Origin: Hormiphora californensis
Lineage: Eukaryota; Animalia; Ctenophora
Reading direction: 5' to 3'
Length of the DNA stretch: 64,000 bases
Assembly (NCBI GenBank): GCA_020137815.1
Contig: CM035359.1
Location: forward strand, 2,418,001 to 2,482,000
Each line of letters starts with the position of its first letter. The stretch's first letter is position 1. Below, in pieces: positions 24,801 through 38,240 of this stretch. The notes beneath the pieces were generated by a model. That model searched no databases, was not told the origin of the DNA, and saw only the letters and a list, made by a program, of their open reading frames with translations. The position numbers and the translations under genes are program-made.

Positions 24801-25798
24801 TATGACAATGTTATTGATCTCACTTTTAGACCTAAGAGTTGTCATGTTGTCATGCAGTGATGTCTACCCAATGATTTCCACCCCCTTCACTCACCCTGCG
24901 TCCAGCAGTAATCCTCACTGAAGGAAGCATCATACTTGCTGAATCCATTACAACTGATAATACTACCAGTATGCTGTCGGACGGTCACCACAGTACCACA
25001 GATCACCATTAGGACGAACATAAAGGATCGGTTGAGTTGGTCCCAGCCATCATCGATGGTAATCTCCTTGAAGGGAGATAACCTGGTGGGAGGGTGTTGT
25101 TAGGGAGGGGGGGGGTGTTGTTAGGGTGTTGTTAGGGAGATAACCTGGTGGGAGGGGGAGAGTGTTTGTTTGTTTGTTTGTTAAAGACGTCTTAGGAACC
25201 TGGGATACTGAGTTCTCCCCCTCATCTTGGTCTACTCTGATAGTATTTTCATGCTAGCCTTGATGGAAAATATAGGGGAGACCCCAGTAACTCAGTCTTA
25301 CTTCAACCGACATAACACGATAAACCCAGTGGTAGCACTTGTTGGTACCAGAACACAGAGTCTGATGCCGGGGGGACATCGCTGGTCCTGGGTATCGTGG
25401 CGCGGATCTTGAAGTGTCTCCGACGTGGAGGGATTTTGGAAAAAGTGGGAAATCGGGAAGAATAGAAAGAGAGGGTGAGGAGGCAATTTCTGATCTGCAG
25501 AGGTCCCATGGGGGGAGGGTGTTGTTAGGGTGTTGGTTAGGGGAGGGGTTGTTGTTAGGGAGAATACCTGGTGTGGTGAGGGGGAGGGTGTTTGGTTAGG
25601 GAGATAACCTAAGTGTGGGAGGGTGTTGTTCAGGAGGGGGGTGTTTGCAGAGAGAGAGAGAAGAGATAGAGCGAGCGAGAGAGATAGAGAGAGAGAGAGA
25701 TAGAGACGAGCCCGAGAGAGCAGAGAGAGAGAGACAGTGAAAGACAGAAAGAAAGGTGTTACTTACCGACTGAACTGCGATAAGCTGCTGATCAGCAT
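20495..25798 (-). CDS. INXD: Innexin, ctenophore INXD-like (9 exons)
   Basis: Exons: 25798-25767 MLISSLSQFSR; 25082-24895 LSPFKEITIDDGWDQLNRSFMF...SCNGFSKYDASFSEDYCWTQ; 23504-23415; 22047-21923 ...RVYHLWYQWIPFYFWL...; 21777-21665; 21550-21313 ...KDLLFPK; 21202-21082 MVACEIKRWGPTG...; 20937-20822; 20671-20495 ...GRNMGDDPDLN-TAA. All introns are GT-AG. Symbol from recalled similarity. Confidence 0.93.
22728..22783. mobile_element. Internally deleted MITE (same family as 29867-30051)
   Basis: TA-CAGTCGGACCCC...GGGGTCTGACTG-TA. Confidence 0.7.
23516..24069. repeat. 17-bp minisatellite, 32 full copies plus a partial copy, in intron 2 of the third innexin
   Basis: (ATGTGGTTAGTGTTGGA)n. On the transcribed strand it reads TCCAACACTAACCACAT. 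Confidence 0.97.
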
Positions 25799-25874
25799 CT
25801 CGCGGCGCTATTTCCAATAGCTAACGAACCTTAGCTACGCTACAAGGAAAGGTCGGTGGGTTAGAGTCATCATG

Positions 25875-25888
25875 GTTGCCATGGTAAC
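25875..25888. promoter_or_regulatory. Candidate RFX X-box upstream of the third innexin
   Basis: GTTGCCATGGTAAC is a consensus X-box, 77 bp upstream of the ATG at 25798. Confidence 0.5.
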
Positions 25889-28527
25889 AAAATATAACAT
25901 TTGAATATAATGCAACATATCAAAAGGAATCGACTAGAAAATGGAAGGAGCAGGGTTTCAAATCCATCCCTCAAATCTCTCAGAGAGAACAGTCTCTCTC
26001 ATGTTATTTCACGACTTCAATGACATACAAGGGGCTCTGAATTTGATTACCCTCTTTCTCTCGCCCAGTGGGGGATTGAATTGGGTGGGATATAAAAACG
26101 TAGAGAGGAGAGGAGGAGAACAACTGGAATGTTCGAGGAACACATGATGATGATGTCAAGTCATGATGATAATACCTTGGACTAAGGAACACAATATGAT
26201 GATCATAAACTCCAATAATAACCAAAATCAAAAAGATACAATTAAAATTAGAGGCATTTCTAAAATAAAACAGTTCATCTCTTATGTCAAAAAGAAGTAT
26301 CACATAGCTATTATAGATAGCTAAACGACCAAGCAACGCATATTTCACACGATCACGTATCTGCTATGACATCACAGAACATGACAATATCAAGAACTGA
26401 AAAAATGTACTATTAGTCAAACATGTACTGTACTCACTGGCAGTTTTGATACTGCACAAAAAATAAGCGCCCATGTAAGTAAAAATTCAATGATGAAGTT
26501 AAGTAAAACTATTGCTCTACATACTAAGTGTAGGATAAAAGTGCATTGAATCTTTCTACAAAAACAATGGGGATATAGTTGTAAAAAACGTTAGAAGTGT
26601 GTTTAGCACACACTAGGTGTGAGTGTACTCAGTGTGCCCTGGGTTAGACATAGGGAGGGAGAGAACTAGATGGTTAAAGTCTAAGTAACTGGGCTAGGAC
26701 AGAACGCTCAAAAGAAGACAAATTAGGTAGAAAAAAATGAAGCTTTTGAAGAAAAGAGAGGAGTCTCTTAAAAAGAGAGGAGACTCTTAAAAAGAGAGGA
26801 GACTCTTACATTGATGGAACAGAAAGAGGAGTAATATAAAAAGTAGAAAGGTTCTTTACACACGCTGGGTAGTAACTGACCTTGTTATGTTCTAACCCTT
26901 CCTTTACATTTGTAAGGAGGGTCGAGCTTCGGCAAAAGTCAAAACTGACTATGACAATTCAGGCTTCAGCATAAAAACCAGTCTCTGTCTAACGTCAAAA
27001 GCATAGTATAGCTATGTAACATACACATCTTGTGACCCCGTTACCCCCTTCCTCCCAGTGACGAAACACACCATCACCCATAGTCTTCTTCCTCATGGAA
27101 TATCGGGACAAGGTCCATACCCTCTCCCCTCCCCGAGGCGAGTCAATATTTTATGAAACTATTCAAACTCCCATTTTCTCGCATATTTAATATTCAAACT
27201 ACACACCCTCCCTCCCTCAACATTCTCTAACTTTTATTGTGTGCACACTCGCACTTACAAAATAAAGGGAGATAGTATATCGAGGGAGAGAGAGAGGGTG
27301 CGGAAGGGGCTTGGCAAAAAAGACAATGAGCCAATCTTTGCCCATCTTTCTCTCGGTTTATTGTACATTCGACACAAACTCTCTCTGATCTCTCCCTCGG
27401 CCTCGCCATCTCTCTGATCTCTCTCTCCCTCGGCCTCGCCATCTCTCTCTGTGTTCTCTCCCCTCACCTAGGGCGGGGGCTCTGGGGTATGTATGTCTGC
27501 CCCCTCTCTTGTGTAAGGGCGAGCAAACATAAAAATTGAGAAAACCCAAAAGCGGATCCGACGAAGTGAGAGAAAAAGAGATATAGAGAGAAGAGAGAAG
27601 AGAGAGAGAGAGGGGAGCGAGAGAGAGAAAGAGGAAAAGAGATTAGAAAAATTCGGAAGTGTATATTTCTTTTTCTCCTATTAGCCCTCTTTTGTTCTCT
27701 GTCTCCTCTCCAATTTTTTTAAAAATTTTTTTAAAGAAGGGGAAAAGAAGGCACGGGATTTCCCCATTCTTGACAGTCTATTTACTTCTGTGTGTTTGTG
27801 TGTAAACTATAAATAGTTTTTTCTGAACGGAACTGACCTTGTTATGTTCTAAACCCCTCCTTTACCTTTGTAAGGAGGGTCGAGCTTGGAAAAAATCAAA
27901 ACTGACATGACAAATTCAGGCTTCAGCATAAAAACCATCTCTGTCTAACTAAACTTAAAAAGCATGTAAAACCCCCCTTGGACCCCATCTTTACCCCCGT
28001 TACCCCCCCTTCCCCTCCCAGTGACGAAACCACCATCACCCTATTTTTTTTTTCCTCGGAATATCGGGACAAGTCCTACCCCCCCCCTCCCCAGGCGATC
28101 AAATTTTATGAACTATTTCAAACTCCCCCCCTTTTCCCGCATATTTTTTTTTTTTTATTCAAATAAAACACCCCCCTCCCTCCCCATTTTCTAAATTTTT
28201 TGTGTGCACACCGCACTTACAAAATAAAGGGAGTAAAATTTTTAAACGAGGGAGAGAGAGAGGGGGCGGAAGGGGCTTTTCAAAAAGACAATACCCCAAA
28301 CTTTTTCCCATCTTTCTTCTTTCTTTGGGTTTTTTTTCATTGACACAAAATCTCTCGATCTTCCCCCCCGGGTCGCCCCTCCTTTCCTCTCTCCCCTCGC
28401 CTCCCTCTCTCTCTTTTTTCCTCCCCCCTCTAAGGGCAGGGGCTGCTGGGCGTATGTATAGTACTGCCCCACTCTCTTTTTTTTTTTTGGTTTTTTTTTT
28501 TGGCTGTAGGAAGAAGGGAGGGGCTGG

Positions 28528-29325
28528 TTCATCTCCATAGTAACCTGACAACCTGTAGCCTCTACAGTACAGTCTACTCATCTCCATAGTAACCTGACAA
28601 CCTGTAGCCTCTACAGTAAGTCTCACTCATCTCCATAGTAACCTGGGACAACCTGTACCTCTACAATAGTCCTACTCTCTCCATAGTAACCTGACAACCT
28701 GTAGCCTCTACAGTAGAGTCTACCTCCTCTCCATAAGTAACCTACAACCTGTAGCCCTCTACAGTAGAGTCTACTCATCTCCATCTAGTGAACTGACAAC
28801 CTGTAGCCTCTACAGTAGAGTCTACTCATCTCCATAGTAACCTGACAACCTGTAGCCTCTACAGTAGAGTCTACTCATCTCCATAGTAACCTGACAACCT
28901 GTAGCCTCTACAGTAGAGTCTACTCATCTCCATAGTAACCTGACAACCTGTAGCCTCTACAGTAGAGTCTACTCATCTCCATAGTAACCTGACAACCTGT
29001 AGCCTCTACAGTAGAGTCACTCATGTCTACCTACTATAGCCTTCCATAGTAACTGACAACTTAGCCTCTACAGTAGAGTCCTTCATCTCCCTAGTAAACC
29101 TGACAACCTTAGCCTCACAGTGATTCTCATCTCCATAGTACCTACCCTGAGCCTGCTACAGTAGAGTCTACTCCATCTCCATAGAAACCTGACAACCTGT
29201 AGCCTCTACAGTAGGTCTACTCATCTCCATAGTAACCTGCACCTGTAGCTTCAGTAAGTCACTCATCCCTGTAACCTGAACCTGTAGCCTCTACATGTCC
29301 TCTCGTCCAAGTACACCTACAACCT
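28528..29325. repeat. 49-bp tandem repeat (~16 copies, degenerating at the edges)
   Basis: Unit TACTCATCTCCATAGTAACCTGACAACCTGTAGCCTCTACAGTAGAGTC, for example at 28921 and 28970. Confidence 0.93.
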
Positions 29326-29636
29326 GTTTTTAATGGAATAACCTATAACAGGTGTGTATTCTGGTGCACCGTCTGTTAATTTGGTCTCTGCAACCAGTCC
29401 AACACAGCTTATAGAACCAGTTGAAATATAATAAGTTATTGAAAATTTAACAATGAATCAGATCATATATTGATTGTAACAAAGAGTTGGGAATGCCAAG
29501 AAACAATAACTGAAAGAGAAATTGAGAGGGAGTTCGTGATTTTGTCGAAGAGAAAACGGCACACAAACAGTTGTAAAATAAATTGTGTAAAAATAACAGT
29601 AAACACGCATCCAGAAGCAGTTGCAAAGAGAGATAT

Positions 29637-29732
<96 letters not shown>

Positions 29733-29866
29733 GAAGAGAAAGACAATGTCCTATACCTATTGAATTAAAACCTGCCACTCGTAGAACCAAGAGAGCTCTA
29801 AATCTGCTACAATGACGTGTTTAGCGACGTATTTCCTCGGCCAACTTCAAAACATTCCGGAGGTAC

Positions 29867-30051
29867 TACAGTCGGACCCCGATTTAACGGCCCCCGATTT
29901 AGCGGCACCCCGATTTAACGGCAGCATAATCTTCCCCCGATATAGAAAATTAACAGTATTTGACCCCGATTTAAGCGGACACCCCCGCATTTTACGGACA
30001 AAAAACCCGTATTCCCCCCAAGGGTGCCGTTAAATCGGGGTCCCGACTGTA
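29867..30051. mobile_element. MITE with TA target duplication (Tc1/mariner-pogo type ends)
   Basis: TA-CAGTCGGACCCCGATTTAACGG ... CCGTTAAATCGGGGTCCCGACTG-TA, with internal CCCCGATTTA subrepeats. Confidence 0.85.
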
Positions 30052-31245
30052 CACGGATCTTATGCTATCCTATTTGAAGTGAGACAAACCCCACTTGAAT
30101 TGTGTTCGCATCACAGAAGATATCCGATACTGGTTTTGTCCAATTTGAACATCATGATCAATAATCACCCCATATGTGTTCTAGAGACCAGTCAATCAAT
30201 ACCATTTGGTTGAACAGCTGGTGAAGTTGCCAAATGTAGATCTAACTATCCAGTAATAGATTGACGGATCTGTAAACAAACAAATCCAATATTAGATACA
30301 CCCACACTCGCCATGCCTCGTCATGACACTCAATTTCTATTGACTTCACCAAACTTAGAAACATGTTCCCACATAGATCCGATAGTATCTATAGAGAAGA
30401 TATTGAGATAGAAGGAGAGTAGATAGAGCAGAGCTTCGATACAGCTAATATAGACCTATATACATTATAAGTTATCTCAACATCTTTACTTTAATTGGAA
30501 CAAATGATCATTTGGAAATGCGCTGGACTTCAACTGCTAGACTTTGAGACGGGTTGCGTATGTTCGGTTTCACTTTTCCGGGGGGGTAACATATTCTCCG
30601 CCCCTCTCCTTTATAAAAATTAATTATGTTTGAATGTGTGAGCCGTGAGGTAGGGAGTTGGCCTAACTATTCATCGGCCGGTATGATTGTAGTCTAAATT
30701 AACTGTAAGGAATCAGGACAAAAGCCATGGCACGTGGAAATCATGATCCATGATAAAGGAGATGGAGTTAATAAACCTGAAGACAATTATTTCACTGTTT
30801 GGGTAGCACTGAGCCAAATTATAAATATCAAGTGAATTGTGCTAACAGTGATTATATTTGCAGGGGGTCCATCCAAAGCTAATCTACCTCAAATACGATT
30901 ATATGCAGCTATATTATTCGCATTTGCTCTACTATAACATCTCCTTCATAAAACATGTCCTGCTGCGTAGCTCTACCTGCTCCTTCATAAAACAAACTCT
31001 CTCTGCTCCTTCATAAACAAAGTCGTCTAGTGGACAGCTCTAAACGGGCACTGTTTACCAGCCAGTCAACAGGTTTGTTTGTATGAGAGGTGACCTAACC
31101 TATCCTGTAGCACATTTAAGTTATGCAACCCACAATATATATTATACGCCAAGAAAGAAAAGCGTATAAAAACGTCACGCGAGGGAGGCGACAGAGAGAG
31201 GAAGCATATTCAATATTAAACGATAGTCATCGTCGTCGCCGGCGG

Positions 31246-31323
<78 letters not shown>

Positions 31324-31900
31324 GAGAGAGAGAAAGAGAAAAGAAGGAGCGACGTCTAGTAAAGATCTGATAAGGGTGCTGTAACCTGTGACCAAGCTGT
31401 ATCACGTGACTATTCAAAACGGACCAATGAGAAATATCAGGTAAAGAAGAGTTTGTCATTTTGACAGTTTCTCGACGAGCAGCTATCGACCCACGAAGTA
31501 GTACCAGTACAGTCTCTCCCTATCTCTCACTCTCTCTCTCTCTTTCAATTTCTCGGCCTATATTTTTCAATTTCAGAGAAATTGACCTACGTGATCCTCT
31601 TTATGCGTTTTATTCAGACAACTGCATTTTACTTCTAGGTTTCTCGTCTATCAGACCTTTGATAGTTCTGAGTTGTAATGATCAGTACTACTCGGAGTAA
31701 GAAACTCGTTCACAATCGAAATAGTCGACAGTCGTAATAATTAGGCATAAAAATCTGAGCAGCAATATCACTCGACAACAAAACCTAATGCAGTACTGGG
31801 TAAAAATAGGAGCAGCATCCGAGTCGTGTGTGAGGAGAGAAAGAATGTACAAACTAACCAGTCACGGTTGTAAAAGTTGCATCCAGAAAGCAGGAGAGTT

Positions 31901-31942
<42 letters not shown>

Positions 31943-31967
31943 GAGAGAGAGAGAAAGAGAGAGAGAG

Positions 31968-32034
<67 letters not shown>

Positions 32035-33612
32035 CAGGTAGTGAGAGTGAAAGGGAAAGAGAGAAATTATAAAACAAACACTAAAAAGATAGAAAAGAAG
32101 CGAGAAATACTTAGAAATAAAAGAAAGAAGTAGAGAAAGAGAGATAGAGAGAGAAAGAAAGAGAGATGGAGAGAGAGAGAGATGGAGAGTATGTGTGGCC
32201 CTACTTCCTGTACATCGCGTGGGCACGATTCTCGGATAGCAAACAAGACAAGTTGTTACAGAAACTCCTGTCCCACATAACAAAGGGACCTCCCCTCCTC
32301 CTCCTCCTCCTCCTCTCAATCTCCCCCAACAGACATAGTTATAACCCCCTCCCTCGAGGGAGATCGGAGGAGAATGTATGTGTCTGGCTGTATGTCACGT
32401 GACTTGTCCTTCCTGCACCCATTGGATACCATCACAAGTCACGTGATGGCCGTGCAGAGCTCTCATTGGCTCGTTGGTAGTGGCGGTGTGCTGTGATTGG
32501 CTGGCGTGATGGTGCAGGAAGTTTGCTACTGCGCTGCACAGTGTATACAAGTGAGGGGGGTGGTGTGTAGAATATATGTCTCTTAACTGGTTAGTACCAC
32601 AGCTGGGGCAGTGGGACTAGTACAATGTTACAATATATCGTACAGAATGACACATATAATGACTAAGGTTAATAACGAGGAAAGATGAGGGAGGACTACA
32701 AAAACTAAAAAAAAAACAATGCGTTAGGTAAGTGACAAAAAGTGTTAAAACCGGTCCATTAAGGTTTCTAATCAAGCTACGTCAATTGCTCATCATGTGT
32801 GCAAGTATGTGTGATAATTGATACTATGGTAGTCAGCCTAAACTCCTTGTTTTCAGCCACATCTCAGCCATGGGAGATAGAGAGAAGATACATATACAGT
32901 GGAAAAACCTGTGAATGAAGATGGAGTGAAGAGGGAGAAAAATATAACTCTTCAACACCTATAACGTTTAGTTGGTGTGTGAAAATATATTATCAGTGAG
33001 AGCTGCTGCAGGACAAATAGAGCAACACGTGCATTTAACAGCCACGATTATAAAATTGAAACAAAAAAGACAACATAATAGGACTCATTGTGTTGGTCAC
33101 AGAGCTCTATTGATCCCCACTGCAGCTTTTATCTAGCACCCTGCAGCAGTAGCCTAAAAGTTGTCGTGGGAAGATTTAGGATGTCGGAGCATGCACAGTT
33201 AGTGGACAATATAAGGAAACGAACTCTCAATCTCTTTTCTACCCTTCCTACTGGATCTAATTCTTCTAGTCTTCTTCTCAATCTTAAAGTATAAAGATCG
33301 GCACTCCTTGAATTTTCTCTCTCTCTCTCTCTCCATCTCTCTTTCTGTCCATCACTCTCTCTCCCCCTCTCTCTTTCTCGATTGACCTCTCAATCAGGCG
33401 CTCCCTGGTCTGACACGGAAAACCCGCCGCAGCTTCGTGGTGTTATTCTAATTGGTGCGATGCATATATTACAAAGAGAAAATATGATAGAAAGAGAGAG
33501 AGAGATGGAGGGAGAGGAAGAGAGTCCTTCTTCTTCTAGGTGGTTCTTCTTCCTCTGCAGTAAATTCCCCTTTGTAATGCTACAACATGTGATCTCTTCC
33601 TTCATCCCACCT

Positions 33613-33648
<36 letters not shown>

Positions 33649-36600
33649 CTCCTCCTCTCTCTCTCTCTCTCTCATCTCCTCTCTCTCCATCTCTCCCGTC
33701 ACTCCCTCCCCCCCTCTCTCTCTCCCTTCCTACCCACGCGCCCCGGTCCCTGCCTCTATCATTATTTTCCTTTGTCATACGCCATAAAAAACCAGGCAAA
33801 GGAAAGAAATGTAAATTTTTCCAGTATTTTTTACATCTTTACTTCATATTTACCGCCAATCTGCCCTAATTAATCCCGGAGATCATTTGACAATGATGTC
33901 ACCGGGGATTTTTGGTGAGGCTAGGTGGCTGGTGGAGGCTGGGCATGGCCGGACATGCCCATCCCCCTAAACTTTAGGCTGTCCCTAATTTTAAGGGAAG
34001 TTTCAACCATAATACTGGGTACCCTTTCTACTTTCTCTGCAAAAGTTCTCAAGTAAAAATTCCCACCGCCCTGTAAAACCGAGAAGGGTTGGGGTAAAAG
34101 ATAAACGAATTGCTTGAAGATAATACGCTGCACGTGTCCCTTTAAAATAGGGCTGGGTTCATAAGTTGGAGTAGGAGAGAGACAGACCGAGTGAATCAGA
34201 AGTTTCGAGTCTCAGGGGGCTAAATAGAGACATGATAAACAGAAACGGCATACAAGATACAATTGATAAATGATAAGAACTGAGAAATTTGATCTTGTGG
34301 GCATCACACATTTTCGCAAAATGACAAGTTTTTTTTGTGGAATAACTGTCATATTCCAAAAAATAATCGCACGCGGGTTTCGCTTAAAAATGACACGTTA
34401 GATAATAGTCATTCCTGTTGGCCGCCCAAAAGGCTACTGGCGCGATGATTTGGTTGGTTAGAATGGATGATGGGTATTCGATAAACAGGGAACAATAATT
34501 ATGGAAGTGAAATGGTACTCCTAGTAGGTAAAGACAGCTGTAGTGTCAGATCTAACTTTAGCTATGCAAGTGATCCAGTGATCCAATCTAAGTTCTGCCG
34601 TTTGAGTAGTCGAAAAAATGTATTGCCCTAGCACACAGTAGCGTTTTTCGTCATGACGAAATTGGGCTAGTCATGCTAGCATTTTCTAGATGAGTTTTAG
34701 ATAAAAAAGCGAAGACTTGAGAACATTCCTATCTTTTTGGGCATGATTTCATATATTCGGTTCATTTTCAACCTCCTCTCTCTATCTCTCTTTATCTCTC
34801 TTTCTCTCTCCCTATCTCTATTTCACTTTCATCATGAGAGACACATTATACTCTCATAACAGGGTCTCATGATGGACTACTTAATTTGATGAAGATAGCC
34901 CAAACAACAAAGCTTTGTTTGACAATTTGACTCAAAAACATGAAAACATATGAGTTATAACAATGGTCACGTGCCCCTCATACATGACACATGTATAATA
35001 GCTGTTGGAAAGGATGTGTACAGCTGATCGCCTAAATAAACACATATTGCCCTGAGTGAGAGGGTAAATATCATTTGATTGAAATAAATCACGTGACCAT
35101 GACACGTGACGTCATATGTGAGGTCACGTGATGTTTAGGTTAAGCTTGTTTATCACGTGTAAGAAGAAATAGTGAGTGGCTTTTGTCACGTGATTTATCA
35201 CGCGATTTACGAGGCGTGTGAGGGGAAGGAGATTGTAATTTATGTTGTAATATCTATTGAATATATGCGATGAATTTACTGTGTGGGAAATAAGGGTCCT
35301 CCCTTCTCTATCTATCTCTCTGTCTATCTTTCTCCTTCTCACTCTCCCTCTCCCCCTCTCTCTCTCTCTCTCTCTCCCTCACTGCTTCCTCCTTGTGTCT
35401 AGACAAAATTTTACATCGGCCACTGCAACGCGACAAATATAATAACATCCAAACGCATACTAAAAGAGTTTTAAGGACATACTAAAAAACTTCTTGAAAC
35501 TCTATTTTACTCATTTACTGTTTTCGCTCGACCTGCAGCAGTCGAGAGAGACAAAGACAGTGCAAGAGCTCATACACAGAGATCTACAACAAAGTGAAAG
35601 AATGGAGATAAAAGAAAATTAAAAAAAGAGAGAGAAAGGTGACAGAGCCTGTATGCAAGAGCTGAGAAATGACTTCCTATTTTTGGAAAAGAGAGAAAGG
35701 GGGCATGCGGGATTGAAAGGAGAGAGAGAGAGCTTTTATTCCTCACGCAGCTCGATCATCAAAGAGCGTTGTTTCAGCCCTTCTACCCTTCTCTCTATCT
35801 CACTGTTTCTCCCCCCTCAGTCTCTCTCTTTCTCTCACGTCGCGTGAGGGCAACGCATATATAAAATTCGATTCTTCTAAAATTCAATAAAACCACTTTA
35901 GATTCTCCAGCCTACAACAAAATATAGAAGTGAAGCGAATTTAAAATGTCAACACAGTCAAATGCATGAATTAATTAATTTATTAGAGGGAGCACTGACT
36001 AAAAAGCGAAAGGCAATGAAATGGATCAAGGAATACGCCCATCATAAAAGGGACAACCGGTTTGAGAGAGAAAAGGACAGATAGAGAGAGAAAACAGAGA
36101 GAGAGAGATAGGATAAAGAAGGAGAGTTAGCATGGTTTTCAATATAGTATATACCGCACGGACCCCCAGCACATTGTCTATGTTAATTGGTACAGATGAG
36201 GTCATGGGTCTGAACTACCGGACTACCGCCATGTACTGGGAGAGAGAGAGATGGATAGAGACAAACAAAATGGAAAAAGAGAGAGAAAGAGAGGGATGGC
36301 GGTGTGAGAGAGAGAGGGACGTTGTTCATTCGGAGACAAGAAATAGTTGAAAAAGATGTTGTTGGCACCACGATGTGTGTCTGAACCGCATATAATGATA
36401 GACATGGTCATGTATTAATACGTCCAACCACCGAACTAACAGGTCTGACAGATCTGAAACGGACAAACGGTCTGATGAGCGTGGGAGCTATATTGGTGTC
36501 ACAAAATGAATTATGTTAATGGCATAATTGCAGAAATAAACTTTTAAAGGAGCACAAACATACCTAAAATTCAAATTCACCATTATTTAATGGTAGGCTG

Positions 36601-37968
36601 TCACAAAAGTTACACCAAACAAAAACTTGATGAACGCCATTTTAAAACATCGAACAGAATAAAGTTGTTTCACTTGAGACCCCATGAAAATGCGTAGCAA
36701 CAAGCGGTAATGGTTACATGACAGTTGTGGCTGAGTAGGACAGCTGGATGCTGCAGGAACATGCCAATGAATATGGGGGCCGGGGATCCGAGGGGGATCC
36801 GAGGGGTCTCCCTTATGCCCGCCCCTTGTTAATGTTCTAACCATCCCTTTACATTTGTAAAGGAAGGTGTTTCGGGGGCGGGGTGCCCGAAACACAGTCT
36901 AGCTTAGCAAGCCCGCCCTTCGCCAGACTCTGATCGGCCAGAGACTGAGACACAAATTAGGGATGGCAGAATGTCATCGATGGACATGATATTGATAGAG
37001 TTGTAGAGTGGGGTGTGATAATACGTGTATATTAATAGAGGGCACGATATATGAATCATTATTTCTGGAGCCGTGAGAGAGTCAAGTGGGTGTCAAAAAG
37101 CAATTATAATACAACATGGCAGTAATAGATTTTCAGTTAAAATATATTGTATTGTGAGATGGAGTTAGATGCTCTTACATTTTTCACTGACGTAGGTGGT
37201 AGACAGTAGATAGGACACGCAGGGGCATACGAATCATCTGGCGGATGATTGTGATAAACTATTTTTCAATCTCTCATTCTCTTTCTTCCTCATTTTAACG
37301 GTTCAATCAACTAGTTGATAATTAGGAGTTTTAACGGACGTAACTCTGTCTCTCTCTCTCAAAAGTATATTAACAGGTTCGGTACATACCGAATACAGCT
37401 GCACACGTTAATTGGAAAACAGAAAAAAGATAGAGGCGAAAAAAGAGATAATCAAAATTGAGAGTGAAGAAAGAATAGAGGAATTTGGGGCTAATCGACA
37501 CGATATTGATTTCCTGGTAGCTGTTTTTATGAAGGAGTAGCAATAGATTCTGCACCAAACTTCCAGATTTACATTTCCTCTCTTCATCTAGTGTGTCAAT
37601 TATTCTATCGATCAGATCTCTCTATCTCGTCTTTCTTCCTCTCGATCTATCGATAATCAGTTTTAGTAAAGCCATGTCATAGATCGGCTCTACGGCCACG
37701 GAAGTGAGCCGAATAAATACAGATGCACAGCTCTGCACAGTTGCAACGTGCTTTTCTGTCGCGGTTCAGGACAACTTCTAATGTGGGTCAATATTACCAC
37801 TGTGGTAGCTGTTTCTTGTTTTGTTCACGCGGGGAAGGAGGGTTGAACAAGACAAGCTGTTTCACTATAATTGCACACCGTGGGAAATTATTATTTGGTG
37901 TAGGAGATAGCGTTGCCTTGCTCGACCCTGTTTCACTGCGGCACACAAATGTAAAGTGGGGCTAGAAC

Positions 37969-38019
37969 ATAACAAAGGTAGCGATAGTGATACGGTATCA
38001 CTATCGCTACCTTTGTTAT
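37969..38019. repeat. Perfect palindrome (25-bp arms, 1-nt spacer)
   Basis: ATAACAAAGGTAGCGATAGTGATAC-G-GTATCACTATCGCTACCTTTGTTAT. Confidence 0.9.
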
Positions 38020-38240
38020 CACTGCATGATACCTAACAACTGGCAACGGCGGAATTGAACAGCTCAAGCAATACAGTTTGAGGGAAAAAAGATACCGGTA
38101 TCAGAGAAAGTAAAACAAAACAGGTTTTCATAAACAGGTTCAATCGGGTTTAATATAAAGTCATAAAGGGGGTGAGGAATTTTCCAATAGATCATCAGGG
38201 TATGAAAAATAAGATGATCTGTGGTGATCCAGAAGTATCA

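Noticed and set aside
26872-28460. Apparent ~650-bp tandem duplication (26872-27520 versus 27830-28460)
   Set aside because: The second copy is a homopolymer-distorted version of the first, so it is most likely a redundant low-quality read in the assembly.
28528-29325. Regular repeat array resembling CRISPR
   Set aside because: The units are contiguous 49-mers with no unique spacers, there are no cas genes, and the context is eukaryotic. The 17-, 30- and 38-bp arrays were rejected for the same reasons.
31768-32319. ORFs rich in (ER)n or (SL)n here and throughout the window
   Set aside because: They are translations of GA/TC microsatellites.
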